A stretch of 59,278 nucleotides of DNA, the filler included, from Asterionella formosa (Eukaryota), in NCBI GenBank assembly GCA_002256025.1. It is 6 parts of 6 records of this genome, joined end to end, with 100 filler letters (N's around TTAATTAATTAA, not from the genome) between each part and the next. Parts side by side here need not be neighbours in the genome. Positions count along the whole stretch, not along the records: positions 29,721 to 39,516 come from NKIB01010198.1; positions 39,617 to 49,399 come from NKIB01010222.1; positions 49,500 to 59,278 come from NKIB01010232.1; 3 more parts are not named here. One strand, given 5' to 3'. The notes below the pieces were generated by a model. The model was not told the DNA's origin. It was given only the letters and a program-made list of their open reading frames with translations, and ran no database searches. Each line of letters opens with the position of its first letter. The first letter of the stretch is position 1. The position numbers and the translations under genes are program-made. This document shows positions 37,575 to 50,968 of the stretch, one piece after another.

Positions 37575-39164
37575 ATGTCTTTCCAAGTGAATGCGGCAAC
37601 TGCTGCCATCACTGCCTTGCATTGCGTCATTTGCTTTGACGAATTCAATCTGCAGGATCAGCCTCCTGTCGTGCTGCCGTGTGGGCACACATACGTCTGC
37701 GCACCCTGCTCCAAACGGATAAAGGTGTGCATGGAGTGCCGAGAACCACTCTTTTGGACTCCTCCTCGAGCTGCGCCACTGCCTCGACATGTGCAGCAGC
37801 GGCAACCCCAGCGTGGCTTCAATCCCACGAGATACAACTCATTGGACTCTGCAGCCCCGTCAAGCAAATTTCCGGTCAAGGAAGTAACAGAGCCTATTCC
37901 ACTTCCTCTGCCGCGCAACTTGGTGTTGTTGGCCATTATGGAAGCAGCCGAGCGAGCTGTCAAACTGCATAGAGACATGAGTATGGAGGACGAGGAGGAC
38001 GAGCTCAACCACATTTTGTTGAGTTTAGAGAATCTTAGTGGACCCTACGGAACGTACGCGGTCAAGGACAAGGAGGGCCTCGCGGTCCTGCCATTGGATC
38101 CTCGAAAGCGCAATTCCCTGCAGGACGTATCAACGCAAACTTCGGAATTGAAAGAACCGTATTCTATTCAATGGGGACAAACAGTACAGATTTCGGATGT
38201 GCAGGATGGAGTCTACAAGCTAGCACGTGGTAGTGGATATATTGTTGCCGGTGATAGTCAGTTGGTGAAAAGTGCGTAGCTTTTGCGTAATCTTCAGTGT
38301 TATTCAGCATTGTTCGCCTCTAACTTGTTTTCCCTCTCTATAGTTGGCGGGCCTCTTGACAAGTCTTGTGAATTGGAAGGAATGCATGAAATGATGGAAC
38401 AACGGAGGCAAGAGCTACAGCGACAGTTGAAACAGGTCGAGCGGCTATCCACCGGCCTTTTGGATCGTATTCTTTACGAGCAACAGCGGGAGCCCACCCA
38501 CCCCATTCTCACATTAGCACCCTCTGCCACAATATCAGAGGAACAGGTCATAGAACCCTCAAGTCCGGATCGACACGTGATTACTGCAGCCTGGTCTAGT
38601 CCGGCAACACCAGGACAGGAATCCGTGACAGGATCTATACTGAAATCAGGAACACCACATACAATTGACAATTCAGATCTTACATTGAGTGCATACGTCG
38701 ATGAGAATAAGAGGCCTCAATCTGTCGAATTCAGCTGCGGTGTCAGTTTCCCTTTTGGAGAAGATGATGCTCCTTACGTTCGATCCTTTGACAGCATTGA
38801 GGCCAGTCCACGAGCAACGCGCAGGGAACCAGCCGCTATGACACATTCTCTGGAACAACTAGATTTAGGAGGGACTTCTGAGTCCTCCTATGACACGGTT
38901 GATTTTCGGACAGGTCGCAGTGGTCACCTTGGACTTGGGTCGTCCCAGACAGCTGATCGAAGGGGAAATTCCACCTCTCGTGGGCAAATTAGGATGATGG
39001 GTGAGCATCGTGGTATTGGGCCTTGGGTGACTACACCGTTTTCCTTATCTGCGATGCTTGGGTCACTTCACTCGCACGAGGAAACGGGTAACGGTACTCC
39101 AACCACCCAAGGAAGAAAGAATGGCAGCAAGAGAACCCCTCCGACAATGGTTCATCCAATCTGA
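37575..39164 (+). CDS. RING-finger (C3HC4-type) protein with coiled coil; exons 37575-38271 and 38344-39164
   Basis: CVIC...LPCGHTYVCAPC...CMECR and LPRNLVL; a 72-bp GT-AG intron joins the frames as LVKIGGPLD. Confidence 0.8.
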
Positions 39165-39516
39165 AGGGAGGGTTAAAAGTTGACGTAAAATGCAATGTAT
39201 ACCTATATAATTCTGCACAACCTTGGGCGTTACGGTAAGCGCGACCATGAACATTCAACGAAAATTCATCGCCGCATCAAGTATGCCATGTTCACTACTT
39301 CCAGTACTATGCTCTTTAACTAGCTACATAGACTAATATGTTAATCTTGTATTCATGCTTCAGTCCCTTAGTGGTGGTTCTTTTCCAGAACACAAAGTGT
39401 TGAGATATAAATTCATTGATTTGCTGATTCTTGCGGATTGATGCACAGGTGCAACGGGGCCTACCGGTAAATAAACACTTTTCTGTGCGCCATATCAAAA
39501 GTAGAGCCATATAATT

Positions 39517-39616
39517 NNNNNNNNNNNNNNNNNNNNNNNNNNNNNNNNNNNNNNNNNNNNTTAATTAATTAANNNNNNNNNNNNNNNNNNNNNNNNNNNN
39601 NNNNNNNNNNNNNNNN
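39517..39616. other. Artificial contig linker
   Basis: N44-TTAATTAATTAA-N44. Confidence 0.98.
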
Positions 39617-41412
39617 GAGTATGTATGTCACTGTTTGGTCTTGGCCATATGGCTCATAAATTCGGTCTATTGCTTTGTTGTTTGCAGGAGTATCACCAGC
39701 ACAAACTAGCATTGCAACTGTCTCCCACAGAATTTTGCACCAGTCAACCCTTGTAAATAGCCTTGCTGGGGGCTTTTGCCCTCCAATCCCAACCTCCCAT
39801 TCCTGTCAAAGAACAACTAGCATCTTTGGTGTCTTAGCTACTCCTATTGTACTAGACTGGATCAACAGCCATTTTACTTTCCAAATCGTTTTATTTTGGG
39901 TTAAAGTACTGAAAGACTATTTAGGTTTAAGCAAATGATGGAATCTAATTTAATCAAGACAACTTTAAGCAATATTTTTCTTCAACTTTGTAGACAAGCA
40001 TGCACAGTCCTTAATTCATCATATGTAGATGACTGCATGTGTCACTACAGAAGGAAAGAGATTTACCAGCATTAGTCTACTGGTACTACTATGTCAACAA
40101 TATGCTGGTAATAACAGTGGATCACTATGTGTAGCATTATTTCATAATGATGTTCTGTACTCCTTTAAGCACTCACATGTATGCTGCATGAAGGGGCTGT
40201 CAAACATTAACTATAGGGTATTACTAGTAGTAGTTTTGACAGCATACTTGACATTTGTCAGCTTTCACATGCCAATTCGTAATCAATCAATTCTCAGTAG
40301 ATAAATAACTTATTTAACATCTGTTGCTCCAATTATTAATGTTATTGACGTAGTCTTAGTCTTACTTGTTGTGTAATTACTGTAAAAGTGTCAAAGCTCC
40401 TCGTAACATGTCATTTTTAAAATGGTGCATCACTGATTTACATGAAAAAATGTGCCATCAGCACCTTCAATTTTCGTTGTCAATATTAATGTAATTAGCA
40501 TAATTGTTTTGATTGTATTGTCGATGATGTCGTTATTGTACATACCAAATAGCAAAGCGTCATTCTGATTTTCATTATGTTATTTGTTATCTTTGTCATG
40601 GTCAAGGCTGAGACAACATTATGCAATACTCGCTCTCCAGCCATTCAGAATGACTACACTGTAGTGTATTAAGTATAGAAAAAGCATAATTTAAGCTAAA
40701 TAATTACATTCTAGTAGTGCCTATGTGGGCTACCTCAGGTACCCTGTACATGAATCCATCAAAAGATGTATGATATATTTCATGTTTCATGGGCAATACA
40801 TTGCTTACTTCACCTTATGTTTACCGGTATGTTGTATCATTAACTACAGTGTTATGTTGGTATGCGGCTGTGATGGCATTTGGGTTGAAATGATGACATC
40901 ACACATGAAGGGAAATTGATACTTTAATCAAAACGGTCAAACATTAAGCAAATCCTAGCTACTATGGTACCAACTGGCAGAATAAGTAAAAAGATACTAG
41001 GTCTCAATATTGTAGGCTAAATCAGATTAAAGTTACAGTCAATTTCAAACAACCAGCAGGTGGTCAGGTGGTTTATTAAATGAAAAATCAAAAGAGATAC
41101 ACATGAATCAATTTGGAATTGGAATCACTATTGCCAGCACAATGACGTATGCAGCACTAAAGTTTGGATACTGCTCGTATAGCAAAATCACCGCAACTTG
41201 AATACTATGATATGCTACCGTAATTGGTATCATTACACCCAAGCTGTTTTTTCCTGTAGGCCTCTGATATGTGTCTACTGGGTCGTTTTAATACTGGCAC
41301 GGTATTGATCTGAAAATACTATTGGAAGCACCATGTTACAACAGTATTTGCCAGTAGAAAAATTAAACCCGGTTTAACTGGGGGTTTAATTTTTTGGTTT
41401 AATTAAACCATA
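39617..41412 (-). mobile_element. Degenerate Crypton copy 2
   Basis: Minus strand 39617-39845 reads TPKMLVVL*QEWEVGIGGQKPPARLFTRV..KILWETVAMLVCAGDT..AIDRIYEPYGQDQTVTYIL (CryptonS-type C-terminal domain). FQFQ remnant near 41110-41125 (cf. FQFQMVGR in copy 1). CCATA (TATGG on minus) at 41408-41412. Confidence 0.65.
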
Positions 41413-41569
41413 CACTGTACGAGTACATAAAATTAGCTATTACACTGTACTGGTACCACCTGGTACCTGGTACCACCTGGTACCAGTACCGGTCGTACAC
41501 ACAAATTAAACTCCATCCTCATTCATGTACCGGTACCATTGGTACCTGTTACCTGGTACCAGGTACTCG

Positions 41570-42763
41570 GTATTTCGGTATGCAGCAGCGGTAAGGAGAG
41601 GAAGGTGTGACTGATGGGACACCAACAGCAGGTGAAGGAGGGAAGTATGAGCTGCCAGTTTGTTTTTGGAACTATATACTTGGGTTATACTCCCAGCAGA
41701 TCGAGATGCCTTGTCGCCTAGTTTTGAAACTAAGGTGGATGACATCAGCCAGTCGACTCTCGTCTTGAAGGAGTTTTGACTCCTGACTACTAGTTATTGA
41801 TGGTAGCAGGAGTGACAAGTATGCAGAATGATGATTGAGAGTCCAGAAATGCCTCAAATGTGGTGTTTGAAGAAGTTTTCAACAATTAACAAGTTGATGA
41901 ACCAACAGAAATGATGCAGGATGTGTGTCAAAGAGGTACGAGGGAGGAAGCAATTCTGTCAGTATTGTAGTCTTTCTGTTACACCAAAAACTATTTGTTC
42001 TTTGGTAGGAATGCAAAAAGTTGGAATTAGGTTTGTAAGGTGGCTGAAAATTTTACAAGGGTTGAGCAGGATATAGTAAGATCGGTGGAGTATGGTTGCT
42101 TGGCAAAGCGTTGTGTGGGATATGATGACTGCCCTACTTTGAGCTGTGTTCTTTTCACTGCCACATTGCAAATTGACAAAATGTATGAGGTATATATTCC
42201 AGATAGAACAATGCCACAGATTAGATTGCTAATCAATTGATATCTGCTGATCATCACGCTGGTGGTCATACACAGCTAGTGTGTATTTAGGCTATTATTA
42301 CACAGATGCATGATTTCATACTAATGTAGCTACATTATTTTTTTCACTATTTTTCATTAGCTATATATTGATTGTTTTCACGTCATTTCGGGTATATGTA
42401 TATTAGACATATACACACCTACCAATAATGGACTTGGTCCTTTATTTACTGTAATATAGTGCTATAGTATATGTACTCGTGGTGACTCCAAATTAAGTAC
42501 CTGGTACTCTAAATACATAAAATGGTCAATTCCCGCATACACGTACCCTGGTACGGTACCTGTACCCTGGTAACCAGTCGATAGGAGCAAATGGGCGCCG
42601 GTACGGTACTAGGTACTGGCACCTGGTTCCAGAACCGGTATTGTCGCTAGCTTTGTGCACTGTACTCTAGTACTAGTAAACTACTAGTGCTAGCTTCGAC
42701 CACGGGTTTAACTGGGAGTTTAATTTTTTAGGACTACGTTCCCGGTATACCATGTTCTTATGC
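41570..42763 (+). mobile_element. Degenerate Crypton copy 3 (C-terminal domain remnant 41972-42250 and 3' end)
   Basis: Frameshifted LSVTPKTICSL..., KVAENFTRVE, VVWDMMTALL and FTA..IDKMYEVY are homologous to copy 2. The 3' end shares 24/25 bp with 41371-41395 and a 17-mer with the copy 1 end. The left boundary is uncertain. Confidence 0.55.
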
Positions 42764-43118
42764 TGTAAGATAGTAAACCAGTACAGTATTAGTTGACATA
42801 CCGGTACGTACCAGGCACCTGAAGACGTTTGTACACGTGTATTGCTCATATCCACGTATCTTCATGTAGGCCTGAGATGATGTGGTAGATGGCGCGCCAT
42901 TCCGTTTTAGTAGGTGTATCTTATACATATATACAGTATCGATGATGAATACAATCAAAAGCGACAGAAATCACAACCCGTACGAAATGTGCTTCTAATT
43001 TACGTACAAGGTACTACCATCAACATATCGATGTTCGCTTGTGATGCTGTGTGATCACGCAGTACATAGGATAAAACATTTTACATTGTGCAACCAAGCT
43101 GAGACACCAAAGTCAACC

Positions 43119-46100
43119 ATGGTAGAAGTTATTCGGCGCTCCGGACGTGCTAAGCGTCAAGTAACATCTATTTATGACGAGGCCAAGAAGCAGATCGAAG
43201 AACGAGAATCGATTTCATCCAGAGAATCAAGGTATGAATGACGAAATGAACGAATACTGCTTGGCGGCAGATTTTACATTATTGCGAATAATTTGAATAT
43301 CACTTTCCCGTTCGTCATGTTGACCTCTTTCTTCGATCGTGTGCTGAACATTTGATAACTTTCCGCATGCTACAGAAAATCAATAATTATTGACGAAGAA
43401 GAATCAGAACCGGAGGAGGACGACGGCGAAATGACGTCGGACTCTGAATCTGTCGACGGAGAACCTCAAGAAGACCATGAGGAAAACAAAGAAGGTGGAA
43501 AGTCGGACGACGACGACGAAGAGGATACAGTCCACCCAAAATCCAAAAATAAGATCCCCAAGAAAAAGACACCCGTGAAGACCAGAAAGCCGAGCTCCAA
43601 AAAGGTCCAGGTCAGGATTGGAGAAGCTAAATCCAAGAGCCCCAAGGCGCCCATCAGCAAAGTGTCTTCGGCAAACTCAAAACGAGGATCGCAGAATGCT
43701 CTTGCAGCACTCGCTAAGAAAGTCTTAGAACCAGGAGAAACGACTGATAATTCTTTGGTTGCTTCCCTATTGTACACTTACAAGACCGAAAACTCTGAGA
43801 AGCGAACCCATTCAGCGGACGACAACCGCACAATGTATACTGCCCAATTGGAGCGAGTAGCTCGCAAGGTTGTCGAGGGACACAAGGATGATACAAGCAG
43901 GACTCAAGTTGCTCTCTTGAATCTTCTCTTTCGCTCGGTTGGGGGTACCACAGAAACAATTCTTGATGACGATAAGATTCTTGAAGACATGGACAGTGAA
44001 CAATGGGGCCAAATTGTCACTGATCTGGTTGATGATATGCGCTACACTCCTGCGGATCGAGTCTTACTATGTGCCGATCCCGACGGTGCTGTCCATGCTG
44101 CCGCCATCGATGGTAAGCTTGGGGATGTCGACATTCCTCTCTCGGTCTCAGCTAGTGGCGCACGTGAGTATCGCAAGGTCTACGAAGAATTCTGGTTTGT
44201 TCTCGGGACTGTGGCATTATCTGAGGGCTACACACGAAGTGGAGACAGCAAGGATGAAGGTGATACAGAGACCAAGGACGAATCGTTCATCACTACAAAC
44301 CGTTTTGATACGGAGATACTTAGAGATTTAATTCTGCGGGTCAGCGAGCTGGTCACTGTTGGGCAGCCCGATGTGCGCGCAGCTGCCATGATTGCAGCGA
44401 TGCAGATGGGGTTGGCTGTCTTGAATCGCAGTGCTGAAATCAAGGCAAAGCTGGAAGTCGCCACCCGACAGTTCAACGCCACTAAGGCCGGTAAGAGTGG
44501 ACACCGTAAGGCCGAAGCACTTGGAATTCAAATCGACTCGCTCAAACGCACTAAAGAAGATTTAGAGGAGTTGGTAATTGGTAATATTATGCAAGGTGTC
44601 TTCATGCATCGATACCGTGATTCCAACATGCATATTCGCGCGTTCGCACTCGAATCACTTTCCAAAATGACTTTGATGCGCCCTGATATCTTTCTTGGAG
44701 ATAAGTATCTCAAATATTTTGGATGGATGCTCAGCGACAAGTGTGCTTGTGTCCGTCAGTCTGCCATCGCTGGATTGGCAGCTCCATTCAAGGCACTAGT
44801 CGAGCGAACCAATGGTACTTCTCGCAATCGAGTTGTTTCATTGGATGTTGAAAGAATGCAAAATGTTATCTCAAAGTTCTTACTTCGCCTTGTTGACTGT
44901 GTCATTGACGTCAATGTCAAAGTCCAAGAGCAAGCAATGGCTCTACTTCTCATTCTCGCCAGGAGGGGTTTCATGGACGAAATGGAAGACGATCGGGCTT
45001 GGAGCCAAATCAATGTTCGGTCTCTAGCCTCCGATACATCTGCTATTGTTCGCCGTGATGCCCTTTACTTTGTCATCGAACAGCTGGAAGCATGGGACGA
45101 ACAAGAACAAAGTCAGGATAAAAAGTGGTCAAAGGACACACACGCGTCGTTGGTGCAATCTACCGAGATACTTATTGTCCAAAAGTTGGACAGCCTCGCG
45201 GCGTGGTGAGTCTTCGTACCCAACGTGCCCTCGTAAATGCTCCCAACGTCACAGCTTACCTTTTATTTCTCTTCTTTCTTAGGATCGCACATTCTCTCAC
45301 CAACGGAGAAATTCCCCTCGACAAAATTCGAATTGAACTTGTTGATCATGTCGTTGAATCTCTACGCGCGATGCCTGAACACCGAGACGTTATCACCAAC
45401 TGGTCTGCAATCATTCGAGCGATTGGCGATGATGGGGCAGTGGCTTCAGAGGGCGACGGAAACCGCATTGAGGTTGCGAAGCAACGTGTGCTTGTGCAAA
45501 TGCTGGCTTGTGCAGCACATGCTGAGGTAGGATCTGTCGCTGAAGCTGATTTCTTATATGGTGATCTTGATGACGACCTAGTCCAAATACTCAAAATGAA
45601 GGCAATCCCTCCTTTGGAGTCCGGCACTAAAAAGAAGAAACCAAAGCAATCATCAGGCATGGCTCACGAGATTCTAAGTGTTGCGTTGCTCCAAGCTCTT
45701 CCAGGTTTGATGAGTCGTTTCAAGACGGATCCTTCCATTCTTGGAAGTCTAAGCATCCTTCCCCGATATTTGTGTACGTGGTTTTTCCCTGCACTATTAC
45801 ATGCAACTGATGTCTACTGACTTTGCCTTTACCTCAACAGTACCAGCCATCTTCAGCCTTCCACAGCGAAAGACTGATTTCATCGCCGTGGTCAAGAACA
45901 TGACTGAAACTTTCTTGGAATCTTCCAACGAGGAAGTCATTTCAAACATTGCTCAATCCCTTAAATTTTTGGCGCAGGGAGATCATGTTCGATCCAAAGA
46001 TGTTCATTTGCAACTTCAGAGCTTAGCATCTAGTTTGTCAAACAGACTTGTCGAGCTTTTGGATCTCAGTACTTCAATGAGTGACGAGGGAAAACTTCAA

Positions 46101-48017
46101 ATAGCGAATAAGCGAAAAAAGAAGAAGAAAGTTGCACGGTCGTCAAAGGGTCAAGGGCAACCCTCCCGTGCTGATCAGAGATCACTGGCCAGTTCTGACA
46201 AGGAGCATGTACATGACAAAGGAGAACAGAGTGCTGAGCAAGACATCGAATACTCAATATTTCTCTGTCTGAAGCGCCTTCGCATCCTCTCTAAACGGAT
46301 GTGCTTCGTGGATCTTCTAAAGATAGAAGATTCTTTGTCCATCGGAGCACTCTGCAACAAGATTGTAGAGGCAATCTCCAATCGTCTCAAGAATCGTCAA
46401 GTCATTACCTCAGACGAAGAAGCAATACCAACGTTCGCTGTGCCTGAGATATGGAAGGATAGTCCCAAAGGAATCCACTTGGTGGTTGCAAAGCAGATTA
46501 CAGAGGGTTTGGACTTTCTTCTTGCAGTCACACTTTGGAGTCGCAAGGCCATTTTGCATCAAGACGACGACGAGAGTGACGAAGATATTGACGATTTGCC
46601 TGTGGTCTTACAAAGGGACAAGATTGTTGCTTTGGTTTCATTGTGCTTTGAGCAGTTTCTGCCTCTTAACGAAGGAGTGGAACTTGAGGACAAGTATAGT
46701 AATGAGCACATCGCCTTCTCCGACCATGTGCAGTCTACGGCTGCTCAAGTCATGTCCGATCTTCGAGCCTTGTTCCCACGAGAATGGGCAGATGCTACAT
46801 CCCCGTCGCTTCGTGCAATGGCCTTGACTGATGACCAACAGCTTGCAGCTGGATTTGTCCGATATTTTCGATCCATGGAGGAACACCTTAGACTCGCTGA
46901 GACTGAAGGGGGCCTTGAAGATGTGGATCGTGTCCGACAGATGCTCCTGCCGTTTGCCCGAAGCCTCGGTACCAACTGGAAATGTGGAAATCGTCGAGAG
47001 GCTGGGTACGCTCTAGCCCACATCACTGGAAGTGGCCCAGAGGCCTCCAAAATTGTTGCTGCAATGGCTCGCGTTGCAAAGAAAATCGACTCTGTAAGAT
47101 TGCTCGAGACTCAGATGGCATGTTTACGTACGTCCTTTGAAGAGTGGCTCAACACGGAACCCGAGGAGCCTGAAAGTGATCGACCGACTGACGAGGAGAT
47201 GGCAGCGTTTGATGACGCGGAACGCAAGCACAATGACGCTTTCCAGCTGATGGAGCAACAAGCCTCTCGACTATCCCAGTCGTTAGGCGTTGGGAAACTG
47301 AGTGATGCTAAATTGAAGAACCCCATATTAGGTTTCGTTCGCGAGGGCGTTCGTTACGCTTTCTCGACTGATATTCCTGGCGAGGACCCTCTCATGCCTG
47401 GTGGTCGTCTCACATTCCTGTTGCTTTTGTGCAAGTACGCCACGTGGATCCGACGAAATAATGAGCAGCGAGCTGCACTTCTCGAAGACTTGGATACACG
47501 AGAGGACGACCTTCGTTGTGATCCTGAATTTTCGGAAGTCCTTCATGACGACCTCGTCGCCATTGAACAGTTTCGCAGAGCGTTGGGATTTCCAACATCC
47601 GATCCAAAATTATCGTCCCCTCGCAGTATTGCTGCTAGCGAGAATTCCGTCGGTTTGGATTCTGGGGACGAAAGAAGTGTAGGTAGTGGAAGCACCGGAC
47701 CAAGCCCAACATCGTCAAAGATTCGTAGTCACCGTTCCCGTGGGTCATCTATGGGCAGTGTACGGTCATCACGCCCGTCGATGACCCAGTCATCCTTGTC
47801 GCCGCTTCCCGAAGAAGACGGTCTTCGCTTATCTCCTGATGATGATGAAGATCTATATCCCTCACCAGAAAAACGTTGTAAGGTGTCCGTGACGCAGCGC
47901 TCTACTCGATCTTCCAACAGCAGTAATCGTTCTGGGTCATCTATTGGCCGTTCTTCTACGATTGAAGAAGCTAGTGGAGAAGATTCTGACATGAGTGAAA
48001 CACATTATATTGACTAG
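43119..48017 (+). CDS. SCC3: Cohesin subunit SA/STAG (Scc3); exons 43119-43231, 43376-45205, 45283-45773, 45841-48017
   Basis: SCD signature VFMHRYRD..IR...YLKYFGWMLSDK...VR; three GT-AG introns restore one frame; acidic N-terminus and Ser-rich C-terminus. Confidence 0.9.
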
Positions 48018-48527
48018 TGCCGTTGACGGGGAATCTCGAAACATGGTGGAGAAGCTAAGCCTATTCGTATAAAAAAGGAAATTGTATTGAAATTGAAGTG
48101 TTGGGCACATCTGCTTATTTTCACGAAAGCTGTTAGAAGTAGACTGAATGTGGTAAGGTGAATTCTGTTTGTGCTGTTAATTACCGGTATGCTGATATAT
48201 CTGGATTAATACCTGGGGTAATATTTTAAGTCGCTCGATACAGCAAAGGAACAAGGCAGACAGATGGGGGAGGAATCTTGATGATGCCAGTATGAATTTG
48301 AGAAAATGGTCAGCCTATTTCTTACCGGTATATTGTAAGCATGTATAGCTACAAACTACCGGTAGACTATCTGGTACCGGTACGATGGGGAATATATTCA
48401 TAAACTCCTTGACGTTTTTATTTACTATCTTCATCCATGATTGTCGTCATTGTGCGACATGGATGCATTTCGTTTTGCTCATAACCCATTATTCATAAGC
48501 CTGCCCCTTTGCTGCAGCTATCACTAT

Positions 48528-48645
48528 GGGCATGCTCTGATATGAAAACATATTATATCATGTGTATTATAACACAAATTGTTGTACCCATAGAGGTGCA
48601 AACCAGAATTACCTTATTTGGTCAGCACAAACACAAATTTTTTAC
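48528..48645 (+). mobile_element. Terminal sequence of a Harbinger-family element, homologous to 50722-50842 in inverted orientation
   Basis: GGGCATGCTCTGATA...TATTATATCATGTGTATTATAACACAAATTGTTGTACCCATA matches the reverse complement of 50778-50842 with several mismatches. Confidence 0.7.
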
Positions 48646-49399
48646 AGATGTAAATAACAGTGTATAATATAAGTGGATGTCTTGGCATAAATGACTACAA
48701 ATAATTTCCCATAATATTTCAAGACTTGCTTGCTCATACTGAAAATGGCTTGATCTCACCAAAATAGTTATCGGTATGCATATATGCATGCACATCAATC
48801 ATCCTAAAGGTATATTAGATAGTCATCAATTGTCTGCTTCCATTTATGTTGTGATCATGTCTTCTTGCTCACAATCTACCTGCAGTACAATCTGAGTGGT
48901 CACACTATCAATTCATGTGCAAGCAATGGCTGTACTGGTTGCTGATAATTAAGTTAAATGAAGAAACTGAGTGCATTTTTTATTCTATACATTTGTTTGA
49001 TAGCTTTAATATCATTGCTACATGATCATTGTCAACAATTGCCTCCTGAAAGTATCTTGCTGTGTCACTTGGATTGCATATTTGTGCCTGACAGGCCCCC
49101 ATGAGCTTCTTGTCCTTGCTCCTTGGCTGTGGTATATGCTTTTTGCAAGTGTGTCATGGCTTCTCCATACTTTCCCTCCTTGTAGTTGGATTCCCCAATG
49201 GCGCCATGTAGGTACATTCATGGTGTCCACTAGCTACCCAGTAGTCATGTCCGAAAAAGTTCCTGGTGTCATGTCCTGCATAATGGCTGTCCTGAACCGT
49301 CTTTCTGCCATGACAATACTAGTGTACTTCGGCTTGTCTAAAGTACTTGCTTGGATAACTCCACAAGATCTTGTCATGTGTAATAAATCTTGTTGTGCA

Positions 49400-49499
49400 N
49401 NNNNNNNNNNNNNNNNNNNNNNNNNNNNNNNNNNNNNNNNNNNTTAATTAATTAANNNNNNNNNNNNNNNNNNNNNNNNNNNNNNNNNNNNNNNNNNNN
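49400..49499. other. Artificial contig linker
   Basis: N44-TTAATTAATTAA-N44. Confidence 0.98.
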
Positions 49500-50842
49500 A
49501 TGACTCCACCATGGCAATTTGGTCATCGATCTATGATCAGATTGAAACAGTTTACAGGGATACAGGCAAAAAAGTAGTTGTGGATTCAGCATTTGCATCT
49601 AAAAAATCAAATGCAATGTTGAAATCGCATCAAAACAATGTTGATGCAAATGGTAATCCTCGACAAAGATTTGGCATGAATCGCCAAGCCACCTCCATCC
49701 GACAGCTGTCGGAATGGGGAATGCGATGCCTTGAGGGATCATTTCCGAGAATCAAAGACAAATTTCGTTATGAAGAAAAAGGTGAGAGTAAATTAATTCT
49801 CCAAATGATTGTATTGCTCTTCAACTTTCGTGCTAGCAAAGTTGGTCAGAACCAAATTGCTTCAGTGTGTATGCCCTATTTGCATAGGAATGCAAATAGA
49901 TATGCCATGTAATTCAAAGAAATTATTCCTTCATGATTATTTAGAACCACTTCTTTCACATTATATTAGAATGAATTAATTAAATTTTATTCATCATCAC
50001 TACTACTGCTACCACTGTTGTTTTTTGGTGTTTGACATTGAGTTGAGGCAGACAAAGTTTGTTGTGCATTGGCACCTGCTGTCGAGGTTAGATTTTGGCT
50101 TTGCATTGTTTGCTGCATTGAAATCATGTTTGAAGCAATAATTGAATTCATCATTGCCTGAGTGGTGCTCGCCTGGCAGTTGCCGATCTTGAAACTGAAC
50201 TAGTAGGAGCACGTGAAAAATCGTTGTTGTTCCTTGATGGGGACTGAGTAAACCCAGAAACACCAATCTGAGAAACACCTGGGACACCCATCCTACTGTC
50301 CTCATTGTCACTGGCAAACTCATCAGCACCAGTGTCATCTTCATTCTTGTCGTTGTCGTCGTCCTCGTCCTTGTCCTCGTCCTCGTCCTCTTCTTCTGGT
50401 TGAGTCTGTTGTTGTTCTTGTTGCTGGTGACGGCGACGTTCAAGCAGCCTTGGAGAGGAAGGGAAGCCCTCGCTCCCTGGCTGCTCTCCTTTGACCAGAA
50501 GAAGATGAAGACATGGCCGAAATCTAAAAGCGATGACGATCGATTTATTGAGGAGGTTGATTGATATGTAACGATATGCATATGTATATGCATACCTATT
50601 TTGGCAAGAGCAAGCCATTTTGAGTATGAGCAAGCAAGTCTTGAAATATTCCGGGAAATTCTATAAAGTCATTCATGTCTAAACATCTTTTTATATAATG
50701 CACTGTTATATATAAATGTAAAAAATTTGTGTTTGTGTTGACCAAATTTGGTCAACACAAACACAAATTTTGGGGTTATGGGTACAACGATTTGTGTTAT
50801 AATACGCATGATATAATAATTTTTTATTATCAGAGCGCGCCC
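49500..50842 (+). mobile_element. PIF/Harbinger element right part: transposase C-terminus (to 49912), a convergent acidic ORF remnant (50151-50633, minus) and TIR ending GCGCGCCC
   Basis: VVVDSAF and ATSIRQLSEWGMRCLEGSFPRIK are DDE_Tnp_4-like motifs; the GGG-starting terminus recurs at 48528. Confidence 0.75.
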
Positions 50843-50968
50843 AATGTATCAGTTAAAGTAATGTGGGTTGGCTCATAATCCTTGCCACATGATATAATAA
50901 TTTTTTATTATCAGAGCGCGCCCAATGTATCAGTTAAAGTAATGTGGTTTGGCTCATAATCCTTGCCA
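50807..50968. repeat. 81-bp tandem duplication (1 mismatch) spanning the Harbinger end and its flank
   Basis: 50807-50887 = 50888-50968, except GGGTTGG vs GGTTTGG. Confidence 0.95.

Noticed and set aside
21523..48017. Numerous short antisense or alternate-frame ORFs overlapping PRP22, NOM1, PPR, RING and SCC3
   Set aside because: Shadow ORFs of real genes, with no motifs.
48528..50842. Apparently complete Harbinger element with inverted termini spanning the gap
   Set aside because: The two ends are on different, size-sorted contigs, differ at several positions and have non-matching flanks (CTAT vs AATG); most likely two separate copies.
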